DNA from: Actinomycetes bacterium
GTDB lineage: Bacteria > Actinomycetota > Actinomycetes > S36-B12 > UBA5976
Assembly: GCA_037137575.1 (NCBI GenBank)
Contig: JBAXKB010000003.1
Coordinates: 1,314 to 65,313, forward strand
Direction of reading: 5' to 3'
Length of the DNA: 64,000 bases
This document shows, piece by piece, positions 50,527 through 59,069 of this stretch. The notes under the pieces were generated by a model. It was not told the origin of the DNA. It ran no database searches and saw only the letters and a list, made by a program, of their open reading frames with translations. The position numbers and the translations under genes were made by a program. The first letter of the stretch is position 1, and the number at the start of each line of letters is the position of its first letter.

Positions 50527-53500
50527 ATGACTGAATTAATTCTTGATCGAACGCAAGCTGAGCCTTACCAAGCCAAACCACTCGACCCACAGCAACTCAA
50601 AGTTGTTGCACATCGCATTGGAGCTATGCGTGTCTTAGCTGGCCCGGGCACTGGCAAAACCACAACTCTTGTGGCAGCAATGGCCGAGCGCCTAACCGGA
50701 ACTGACAAATTGAAACCCGAAAACGTACTCGGACTCACTTTTGGCCGACGTGCTGCGCTGGATTGGCGAGCAAAAGTAACACTGGCGGTTGGCGGAGGAC
50801 TCGTCCCACAAGTCAGTACTTTCCACTCATTCTGTTATGGCTTACTTCGCAAATACGATCCACAGGCAGCTGCTGAAATCGGTTTGCGATTGTTATCTGG
50901 CCCGGAACAGCAAGTGCGAGTTCGTGAACTTTTTCTGGGCGCACTTGAAGATGGTTCGTTTGCTCTTCCCAACGAGTTGCAAGCGGCCGCTCAAACTCGT
51001 GGCTTGATCGAAGAAGTTCGCGCAGTTATGTCGCGGACTCGTTCACATTTGATGGATCCACAAGACCTAGTCGAATTAGGTCGCAAAGCCAATCGGCCCA
51101 TGTGGGAACTCATTGGTAATTTCATGGAAACTTATTTGCAAAGCATTGAAGCCGAGCAGGCGCTTGACTATGCCGAAGTAATTTTTCGCGCGCACTTACT
51201 TGTGAAATCTCAAGATCATGTGGCACTTGAACTTCAGGATCAATATCGGGCAATCTTCGTTGACGAATATCAAGACACTGACCCGGGCCAAGTAGCGCTA
51301 TTGCAGTTGCTGGTTAATGCAAACACCACATTGACGGTAGTTGGCGATGTTGATCAAGCCATCTATAGTTTCCGCGGTGCTGACGAATCCGGGATTCGTA
51401 ATTTTGCCCAGGACTTCGCCCACATTTATGGCGCTAACATCCAAGACGATATTTCACTTAATACTTGTCGCCGATTTGGCGCTAATTTACGCAATGCAGC
51501 CAAGTCGGTTATCGAAAAACACCACCCGGCCGGTTTTAGTTTTGATTTAATAAATATGCATCGAAATTTGCAGTGTGAATCCGATGGTGGAGACATTGAA
51601 CTGCTAACTTACGATTCAGATGGCGCACAGGCTGCGCACATTGCCAACCTCGTTGCTCGCGCACATGCGCAAGATGGCTTAGCTTGGTCTGACATTGCCG
51701 TAATTGTGCGCTCAGCAGCTAACTCAATTCCAACCATTTATCGCGCACTTGTTGCTGCTGGAATTCCAGTTGAAGTCGCAGCTGATGAAATTCCGTTGCA
51801 TCGCGATCCAGCTAGTGCACCACTGATTCAGATTTTGGAAGTAATCGCAAAACCCAATTCACTCACGCCAGAACTGGCTGTGGCTATTGCTACTGGCCCT
51901 ATTGGACAAATCGATGCAGTGGATCTGCGCCGTTTTGTGCAGTACCTACGAAAAGCAGATCGTGCGCCCGAACGTGTGGCAAGACCTTCTGGCGAGTTAC
52001 TTATAGAGGCAATAAATAACGTCGGTGATTTACTTGCCATCAATGAACCTCGCCACAAAAAGGTAATTGATAATGTCACGCGCATTGGCAACCTCATCAA
52101 TGAATGCCGCCGGGAGATTTCTAAAGGTGCTTCGGCCCACGAGATTTTGTGGCAAGTCTGGCAAAGCTCAACTTGGCCAACTCAACTTCTTGCAGCTTCA
52201 CTTGGTCAGGGTGCAAGTGCTGGGCGAGCGAATCGTGATTTAGATTCCATCTGTTCACTTTTTGACCAAGCCAATCGCTTCGTTGGTCAAAATCGATCTC
52301 TGGGCGTTCGGGTATTTCTTGATGAGATAACCGCTCAAGAAATTCCAGCTGAGGCACTTGCTGATAATCAAGTGCGCTCTAATACCGTTCGTATTCTCAC
52401 TGCCCATCGGGCAAAGGGTCTCGAATGGCCGCTAGTAATTGTTGCTGGTGTGCAAGAAGATCTATGGCCAGATCTGCGCATGCGACAGACCTTGTTACAA
52501 GCCGACCGTGTTGGCAACAACATTGAATTATTGCCAACAACTCTGGCCGAAGCATTAGTTGCTGAGCGACGCCTGTTCTATGTGGCACTGACTCGCGCGA
52601 TGCAACGAGTGGTTGTTACTGCTGTATTTGAAGACCGGAAAGAAGAAGGTGAAGTTCCATCCCGGTTCATTGACGATGTCAGGTTGTCGGGAGCCATTGT
52701 TACTTCTGAACATTTGCCTGGGCGACCAGCGCGAGCGCTAAGCGCCGACAGTATCGTGGCAGAGCTTCGCCGAACTCTGGCAAGTCCAACTTCTAGCGAG
52801 CCTTTGCAAAAGGCAGCGGCATCGCGCTTAGCAAAATTAGCTGGCACTGAATTTGCGGCGCTGCGCACAGCGAATCCAGATAACTGGTGGGGTATTTTGC
52901 CGACAACTAAAAATGAACTTAACAAACCAGTTGAGCCGATTTCAATTTCTGCCACTGCGATAAATAACTTGGAAGAATGTCCGGCGCAGTGGTTCTTAAC
53001 TCGACAGGTTTCGGCAGTTGCGCAGACCCAAAATCACATGGTGTTTGGCACGATCTTGCACTCCATCGCCCAAGGATTACAAACTGGCGAACTTGCCCCG
53101 AACCTTGACGATATCTCTGGCGAGTTAGACAAAGTCTGGGCATCCATGCCATACGAAGCAAATTGGATTTCGACTAACGAGCGCCAAGAGGCGGCGCTGG
53201 CGGCCGAACGCTTATTGAATTGGTTCCAAGCCAATGCTGATGTGCGAAGTATCGCTGAATCAACTCTTGAATTTGCAACCACCTTGCCAGTTACTGATTC
53301 AGATGGGTCAACCCGTGAAATTTCAATCAAGATCACAGGCTCTGCTGACCGCGTGCAATTTAATGCTGATGACATTGTGGTCTATGACTACAAAACAGGA
53401 CGTAAAGCAACAACAAATATTCAAAAGAATGTGCAGCTGGCTCTCTACAGTTACTTAGTAGAAAATGGCACTTTCTCTGATGGTGATAACAAGCTCACAC

Positions 53501-53766
53501 TTCGGCCTGGACAAACGGTTACCGGCGGCGCATTAATTAATCTTCGCCTTGAAGATAAATCTCAGCCAGGCATGCCACAAATTCAACAAGTAGCCAATGG
53601 CACGCACGATTTGAAAAACGATGTTCCGCTAGTCGAGCGGTTAGCTAACGCGGCCGCCATAATTCTCGACGAGCGCTATGAAGCACGACCCGACACCGGG
53701 CGCTGTGATTACTGTGCGGTGCGCATGCTCTGCCCGGCCCAAAGTGAAGGAAGGCAGGTGCTGTAA
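50527..53766 (+). CDS. adnA: helicase-nuclease subunit AdnA-like (UvrD-type motor + RecB-type nuclease)
   Basis: 1079 aa with the GPGTGKTT Walker A and DEYQDT motifs. The C-terminal PD-(D/E)XK region carries VVYDYKTG, and a Cys-X(n)-CxxCxxxxC cluster is present. Confidence 0.88.
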   Translation: MTELILDRTQAEPYQAKPLDPQQLKVVAHRIGAMRVLAGPGTGKTTTLVAAMAERLTGTDKLKPENVLGLTFGRRAALDWRAKVTLAVGGGLVPQVSTFHSFCYGLLRKYDPQAAAEIGLRLLSGPEQQVRVRELFLGALEDGSFALPNELQAAAQTRGLIEEVRAVMSRTRSHLMDPQDLVELGRKANRPMWELIGNFMETYLQSIEAEQALDYAEVIFRAHLLVKSQDHVALELQDQYRAIFVDEYQDTDPGQVALLQLLVNANTTLTVVGDVDQAIYSFRGADESGIRNFAQDFAHIYGANIQDDISLNTCRRFGANLRNAAKSVIEKHHPAGFSFDLINMHRNLQCESDGGDIELLTYDSDGAQAAHIANLVARAHAQDGLAWSDIAVIVRSAANSIPTIYRALVAAGIPVEVAADEIPLHRDPASAPLIQILEVIAKPNSLTPELAVAIATGPIGQIDAVDLRRFVQYLRKADRAPERVARPSGELLIEAINNVGDLLAINEPRHKKVIDNVTRIGNLINECRREISKGASAHEILWQVWQSSTWPTQLLAASLGQGASAGRANRDLDSICSLFDQANRFVGQNRSLGVRVFLDEITAQEIPAEALADNQVRSNTVRILTAHRAKGLEWPLVIVAGVQEDLWPDLRMRQTLLQADRVGNNIELLPTTLAEALVAERRLFYVALTRAMQRVVVTAVFEDRKEEGEVPSRFIDDVRLSGAIVTSEHLPGRPARALSADSIVAELRRTLASPTSSEPLQKAAASRLAKLAGTEFAALRTANPDNWWGILPTTKNELNKPVEPISISATAINNLEECPAQWFLTRQVSAVAQTQNHMVFGTILHSIAQGLQTGELAPNLDDISGELDKVWASMPYEANWISTNERQEAALAAERLLNWFQANADVRSIAESTLEFATTLPVTDSDGSTREISIKITGSADRVQFNADDIVVYDYKTGRKATTNIQKNVQLALYSYLVENGTFSDGDNKLTLRPGQTVTGGALINLRLEDKSQPGMPQIQQVANGTHDLKNDVPLVERLANAAAIILDERYEARPDTGRCDYCAVRMLCPAQSEGRQVL

Positions 53767-56700
53767 TGAAAACTCCTGAAGAATTCGCAAGCGTTTTCCA
53801 AGTTGATAAGACCAAGCCACCAATGGTGCCAAGTGTCGAGCAGTGGGCTGCCATCACAGCGCCACTTGAACCGAGCATCATTGTCGCGGGCGCAGGCACA
53901 GGAAAAACTACAACTATGGCGTCGAGAATCAGTTACTTGATTGCCACCGCAGCAGTGCCGCCCGAGAAAATTCTGGGACTCACGTTCACCAAGAAAGCTG
54001 CTCGCGAACTTGGCCAGGCAGTGCGTCTGCGCCGAGACCAAGCGCTGGCTTACCGATTGGCTAACTTCCCAGCAAACCAGGGCGAAGCTGACGAACTCGG
54101 CGAACCAATGATTTCAACTTATAACTCGTTTGGCGCCAGGTTACTCAAAGAACATGGGCTGCGCATCGGCATTGAACCGGATGCTCGAGTGCTTGTAGAT
54201 GCAACTCGCCACCAGTTAGCTATGCGTGTTGTTTCGCGGACCAAAGTTCAACTGGCAGGGCTTGATTTCAAACAAGTCAAAGATGTAGTTAAAGCAGTGC
54301 TTGAACTAGATAGCGAGTGCTCTAACTACCTAGTTTCGCCAGAAGAAGTGATTGTCTACGATCAGAATTTGATAAACCGATTTGCTCAGGTTTTGGATCC
54401 AACTGATGAAACTTTAGCCATGATGCAAATCTCCAAACGCCGTATCGCAATTGCCGAAGTTGTTGCGCAGTTTAGGGCTGCAAAAATCACTGAAGGCATT
54501 ATCGATTACTCAGATCAAATTCGACTTTCTGCGCAGGCAGCTGGTGATTCAGCTGAAATGTGTCGAATGCTTCGCGAACAATTTTCGGTAGTTCTTCTTG
54601 ATGAATATCAGGACACTTCCGTTGGCCAAAAACTTCTGTTGCATCGACTCTTTGGTGATGCCCATCCTGTTATGGCAGTGGGTGATCCATGCCAGGCTAT
54701 TTACGGCTGGCGTGGGGCTGATGTAACAAACATCGAAAACTTTGTCACAGAGTTCACCCGTGCTGATGGTTCGCCAGCCACAAAATACCGATTGTCGGTT
54801 AATCGACGTTCAGGTCAATTGATTCTGGACACTGCCAATTCACTAAGTGATCCACTTCGAGCGATTCACACTGAGATAGTTGAGCTAGTTGCAGGAAGCA
54901 AAGAGCAGATTCCAGCCCAGATCCATACTGCTTTGTTAGAAACTTTTCCCGAAGAAGTTGAGTGGGTCTGTGATCAGATCCAAGCACAGATTGCCAAAGG
55001 TACTCCGCCAAAAGACATCGCAGTATTGCTGCGAGTTGGCAAATATGGAACCGACTTTGTCGCAGGACTTGAAGCGCGAAACATACCTGTGCAAGTAGCA
55101 GACGCCGGTGTGCTGGTTCATCTTCCTGAAGTACGCGATGTTTTGTGCTATTTGGAATTGATGGCCGATCCAACAGCCAACACTGCGCTAGTTCGCATAT
55201 TGTCTGGGCCAAAGTGGCGCATTGGCGCTCGTGATTTAGCGTTGTTGGGCCAGCAAGCACGCAAACTTGCCAATTCGGATTACCAGGCCGAAAAACATTT
55301 ACCGATGGCATTGCAGTTAGAAAATGCGGTTGGTAGCACCGACGCGGCAGATCAGGTTTGCTTACTTGATGCACTTGAAGATGTTGCAACATCAAAACTT
55401 GCTTATTCCGCTCCTGCGCGCGAACGCATGATTGCCCTTGCCACCCAGTTGCGCAGCCTGCGCCAGCATGTTGGTGATACTGCAATTGATGCAATAGCTC
55501 GCATCATTCGCGAAACAGGACTCGGCGTTGAAGCGCTAGCGAAACCAAACGCAGTTAGTAAGTCACATGGTGATCGCCTTGGGGCACTTATCGACTTAGC
55601 TGGTTCGTATCGAAGCCTGGATGGCGAAGCCGGAGTTCACGCATTCTTGCGCTTCTTAGCCGATGGCCAACTATTCGATAATTTGCCAGTAGGCGAACTA
55701 ACGCTCACTGATGATGCAGTTGTTGTTATGACCGCGCACAAGTCAAAAGGTCTGGAATTCCCAGTAGTAGCGGTCCCTATGATGTCCAAAGATCAGTTCG
55801 CAAGTAAGCCAAGGACCCTGCACTGGATGACCAACCCAGATAAATTGCCGTTTGCGCTAAAGAACCAGCAGCTCAAAGATCCACGGGTTCTAGGGCTATT
55901 GCTTTGCGATAACCCGGATAAAAAGATAATTGAAGATTACAAAGCGTATTTCAATGACATGCATCAATTGGATGAAACGCGATTAGCGTATGTTGCGGCA
56001 ACCAGAGCGAAGCAAGTTTTGTTTGCCTCGGGTTCATATTGGGGAACTCCTTCGCATAAAACAGCATGGGGACCAAGTGCCTTTTTGAAAACGATTGAAA
56101 ATCATGCAACAACGTCGAAGTCGGATGCACTGCCGCCGGTTAAAGGTGACAAGAATCCAAATGCCAAAGATGGCGACTACGTCACTTGGCCGCATCCACT
56201 TGATGAAACAAAATTTAGCCAATTACAAAGTCAAGCTCAGTTAGTTAAAGCTGCAAATCTCGAAGGCGATTTTTCGGAATTGTCCGAAGATGAATTGAGC
56301 GAGGTGGCAAATTGGGATGCTGATATTTCGGCACTACTCGGTTTGCTGGCCCGCGCTGGCGAAGTGTCACGCACGGTTAAATTGCCCGACACATTGACGG
56401 CAAGTCAGCTAGTTGCGTTACACAAAGACGAGGCAGAGTTTGTTCGCACTCTTGTGCGCCCGATGCCGCGCAAGCCAGCACCCGAGGCAGTGCGTGGAAC
56501 AGCGTTCCATGCCTGGGTTGAGGATTATTACGGCGTTCGTAAGCTTGCGAATTTGGAAGAACCGCCACCAGGTAGCGATTCGCCTATCTACGACGACAAC
56601 TTGCTCGCCAAACTCAAGCAGGCGTTCACCGATGGTAAGTTCGCACAGCGACCGCCATTAGATCTTGAGTTCCCATTCGCACTTATCGTGCGCCAAAGGC

Positions 56701-56960
56701 CACTAATTGGCCGTATTGACGCCGTTTTTGCCGGATCAATTGATGATCCATTGGCAGCTAAGTGGACAGTTGTTGACTGGAAAACGGGAGCACCAGGTTC
56801 AGCTGACCCGCTGCAGCTACATGTCTACCGGGCTGCTTGGGCCCAGCACATGGACGTGGCACTTGAGCAAGTCGATGCTGCGTTTTATTTTGTTGGCCAC
56901 GATGAAATTGAATTGGTAACCGAAATTATGACAGTTGAACAACTCTCAGACTTAATTTAG
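53766..56960 (+). CDS. adnB: helicase-nuclease subunit AdnB-like (UvrD-type motor + RecB-type nuclease)
   Basis: 1064 aa with GAGTGKTT and DEYQDTS motifs and a C-terminal nuclease motif (GRIDAVF...VVDWKTG). Its start overlaps the adnA stop (TAATG). Confidence 0.88.
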   Translation: MKTPEEFASVFQVDKTKPPMVPSVEQWAAITAPLEPSIIVAGAGTGKTTTMASRISYLIATAAVPPEKILGLTFTKKAARELGQAVRLRRDQALAYRLANFPANQGEADELGEPMISTYNSFGARLLKEHGLRIGIEPDARVLVDATRHQLAMRVVSRTKVQLAGLDFKQVKDVVKAVLELDSECSNYLVSPEEVIVYDQNLINRFAQVLDPTDETLAMMQISKRRIAIAEVVAQFRAAKITEGIIDYSDQIRLSAQAAGDSAEMCRMLREQFSVVLLDEYQDTSVGQKLLLHRLFGDAHPVMAVGDPCQAIYGWRGADVTNIENFVTEFTRADGSPATKYRLSVNRRSGQLILDTANSLSDPLRAIHTEIVELVAGSKEQIPAQIHTALLETFPEEVEWVCDQIQAQIAKGTPPKDIAVLLRVGKYGTDFVAGLEARNIPVQVADAGVLVHLPEVRDVLCYLELMADPTANTALVRILSGPKWRIGARDLALLGQQARKLANSDYQAEKHLPMALQLENAVGSTDAADQVCLLDALEDVATSKLAYSAPARERMIALATQLRSLRQHVGDTAIDAIARIIRETGLGVEALAKPNAVSKSHGDRLGALIDLAGSYRSLDGEAGVHAFLRFLADGQLFDNLPVGELTLTDDAVVVMTAHKSKGLEFPVVAVPMMSKDQFASKPRTLHWMTNPDKLPFALKNQQLKDPRVLGLLLCDNPDKKIIEDYKAYFNDMHQLDETRLAYVAATRAKQVLFASGSYWGTPSHKTAWGPSAFLKTIENHATTSKSDALPPVKGDKNPNAKDGDYVTWPHPLDETKFSQLQSQAQLVKAANLEGDFSELSEDELSEVANWDADISALLGLLARAGEVSRTVKLPDTLTASQLVALHKDEAEFVRTLVRPMPRKPAPEAVRGTAFHAWVEDYYGVRKLANLEEPPPGSDSPIYDDNLLAKLKQAFTDGKFAQRPPLDLEFPFALIVRQRPLIGRIDAVFAGSIDDPLAAKWTVVDWKTGAPGSADPLQLHVYRAAWAQHMDVALEQVDAAFYFVGHDEIELVTEIMTVEQLSDLI

Positions 56961-57772
56961 CTTTCGCCTTTAAGTTCAGTTACCAAAGCACAGTGGTCGC
57001 TAATACCAAGCGCCATTCGTTGTGCTCGGCCGCGGGCGGACTTCACAGTTTCACTCGCGAGGCCACGAGCTAAAATGTGATCGAACTGAATTCGCGGCTT
57101 TACTACCGGGTAGGTAGGCGTATGGGCAAGTGAATCCCAGCCAGTAACTCTTTGCGGTAGTTTGCCAATTAAGTTGAAGTCACCGAAAAGTAGCGACGGT
57201 AATCCGCGCTTGGCTAGGGCCTTGCTAAGCGAGCGTAATTGTTTAACGTTGAATCCTGGGACAAAACTTAAGTGTGTTGTGGCAATAGTCATCGGGCCAA
57301 GTGGTGTTTGTGCTCTGGCGATGATTGCAACTCGTGGCTCGTCAGCTACTTTAAGCATGCGCCAGCCATCATCAGAAGGAACCGCAAGTGGCAGTGACAT
57401 TGGCGCAGCTTTGAATCGCATCACTTCAATTTGATCTAGTGGGTACCGACTGGCAATGCCATTACCGTACTGTGGGCTAGTTGATTCAGAAAGTGCATCG
57501 CCGTGCAAATGAATTGCTGAATCATCGGCCGACTCCCACTGTTCGCCAGGAGTGCCAATAAGCGCTGGGGCAAAAATCCAATAGGGAAGTTCTAGACCAA
57601 CAGCAATGTCTTGAAGTTGATGTTGGTGATTACTGCGAGGCTGTCCACGATCAACTTCCTGTACTCCGATGATGTCAGCGCGAATTAGGCGAGCCTGCTC
57701 AACTAGATCTACATCGCGCCCGGCGCCAATTATGGGGGTGGCATGTAACAGATTCCAGGTAGCAATACGCAT
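56957..57772 (-). CDS. endonuclease/exonuclease/phosphatase (EEP) family protein
   Basis: MRIATWNLLH N-terminus, GVQEVD motif and a C-terminal SDHCAL motif. An alternative GTG start is at 57796. Confidence 0.8.
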   Translation of the reverse strand: MRIATWNLLHATPIIGAGRDVDLVEQARLIRADIIGVQEVDRGQPRSNHQHQLQDIAVGLELPYWIFAPALIGTPGEQWESADDSAIHLHGDALSESTSPQYGNGIASRYPLDQIEVMRFKAAPMSLPLAVPSDDGWRMLKVADEPRVAIIARAQTPLGPMTIATTHLSFVPGFNVKQLRSLSKALAKRGLPSLLFGDFNLIGKLPQRVTGWDSLAHTPTYPVVKPRIQFDHILARGLASETVKSARGRAQRMALGISDHCALVTELKGES

Positions 57773-57825
57773 ATCAATCAGCCTACGGTGATGCACAATT
57801 GCCCGCAGAACCTTAGGTTAGGTAT

Positions 57826-58737
57826 GTGGGACTCATTCCAGATTTACCGTTAGCCAGATTCGCTGTGGATCGTGGCGCGCTAATGCGGAGTAATCCGCAC
57901 TGGCTGAGCGAACTCTGGTCACTTGAATCCACCAGAGTTTTGTACATCAACAAAAATCAAGTCCCAGTAACTTCTGAACTCTCATTAATTTTGGTCCAAT
58001 CACATGTGATGCCTATGGCTGATGAACAAAGTGCTTTACTTCTTGGCATTGACTCTGATCATGCCTACATAGCTGTGATGTTGGATGAGAACACTGATGT
58101 TGCGCCACTGTGGGTAACGCTACGAGATGTGGGAGCGCAACTTTCGCCACTTGATGTTGGCTTAGCCATTACCGCAACCGCGCTTGCCACTTGGCACAAC
58201 ACTCATCGTTATTGCCCGCAGTGCGGTTTAACTACGCAGATTTCTGATGCTGGCTGGTCACGAACTTGTCCAAAGGATTGTGTTACACATTTTCCAAGAA
58301 CTGAACCAGCGATTATTGTCGCGGTGCACGATTCAGAAGAACGCATTTTGTTAGGTCGACGAACTAACTGGCCCGAAAACTGGTATTCAACTTTGGCCGG
58401 ATTTGTTGAAGCAGGTGAATCTTGCGAGGCAGCTGTGGTGCGTGAAGTCCGTGAAGAAGTTGGGGTTGAAATCGACTTAGAGTCTTTGCAGTATTTGGGA
58501 AGTCAGCCGTGGCCTTATCCAGCCTCATTAATGCTTGGCTATTCGGCCTTGGCAAGTACAACAGAATTCAAACCTAGCGAAGATGAGATTGCGCAGATTC
58601 GTTGGCTCAGTCGCGAAGAACTTAGCTCGCAGTGTGAAAGTGGGATATTGAAGTTGCCTAATCCAGCTGCCATTTCTTGGCATTTAATTGAACACTGGTA
58701 TGGGCAACCGTTGAATCCAGAGTGGACTCGTGGCTAA
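57826..58737 (+). CDS. nudC: NAD+ diphosphatase (NADH pyrophosphatase), Nudix family
   Basis: Zinc ribbon (CPQCG...C) and Nudix box (GFVEAGESCEAAVVREVREEVGV), followed by QPWPYP. Confidence 0.9.
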   Translation: MGLIPDLPLARFAVDRGALMRSNPHWLSELWSLESTRVLYINKNQVPVTSELSLILVQSHVMPMADEQSALLLGIDSDHAYIAVMLDENTDVAPLWVTLRDVGAQLSPLDVGLAITATALATWHNTHRYCPQCGLTTQISDAGWSRTCPKDCVTHFPRTEPAIIVAVHDSEERILLGRRTNWPENWYSTLAGFVEAGESCEAAVVREVREEVGVEIDLESLQYLGSQPWPYPASLMLGYSALASTTEFKPSEDEIAQIRWLSREELSSQCESGILKLPNPAAISWHLIEHWYGQPLNPEWTRG

Positions 58738-58771
58738 AAATGTTGCAGCAACTAACTAAAAAGGAGCCAAA

Positions 58772-59020
58772 ATGGCCGATAAATTAACGATGTACAGCAC
58801 TCCATGGTGCGGGTATTGCCAGCGATTGAAGGCGCAGCTTGGCCGCGAAGGTATTGAATTTATAGAAATCGATATCGAGCAAGATCCTGATTCAGCCGAT
58901 TTTGTCATGAGTGTAAATGGTGGCAATCAAACCGTTCCGACCGTAGTTTTCCCAAATGGGCAGGCGCTAACCAACCCAAGCCTGGCTCAGGTTAAAGAAA
59001 TTCTGGGCCTGAACCAGTAA
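58772..59020 (+). CDS. mycoredoxin / glutaredoxin-like protein
   Basis: 82 aa with the active site TPWCGYCQRLK and a thioredoxin fold (TVPTVVF). AAGGAG RBS. Confidence 0.85.
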   Translation: MADKLTMYSTPWCGYCQRLKAQLGREGIEFIEIDIEQDPDSADFVMSVNGGNQTVPTVVFPNGQALTNPSLAQVKEILGLNQ

Positions 59021-59040
59021 CTCGTAGCCGAAGTGTCCAC

Positions 59041-59063
59041 CTGTCGGGCGCTCTTGCGACAAT
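59041..59063 (+). promoter_or_regulatory. candidate RecA-NDp/PafBC-type promoter of uvrD2
   Basis: cTGTCGGgc-N8-GACAAT. The hexamer ends 6 nt before the GTG at 59070, the geometry expected for a leaderless transcript. Confidence 0.3.
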
Positions 59064-59069
59064 AGGGCA

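Noticed and set aside
54799-55494. 231-aa antisense ORF inside adnB, and similar long shadow ORFs (e.g. 12695-13171, 17035-17538, 21719-22201, 7023-7418, 3445-3921)
   Set aside because: All lie fully inside strongly supported genes on the opposite strand or in another frame. They have low-complexity, Q/L/R/S-rich translations and no start context. These are typical shadow ORFs of moderately GC-rich coding DNA.
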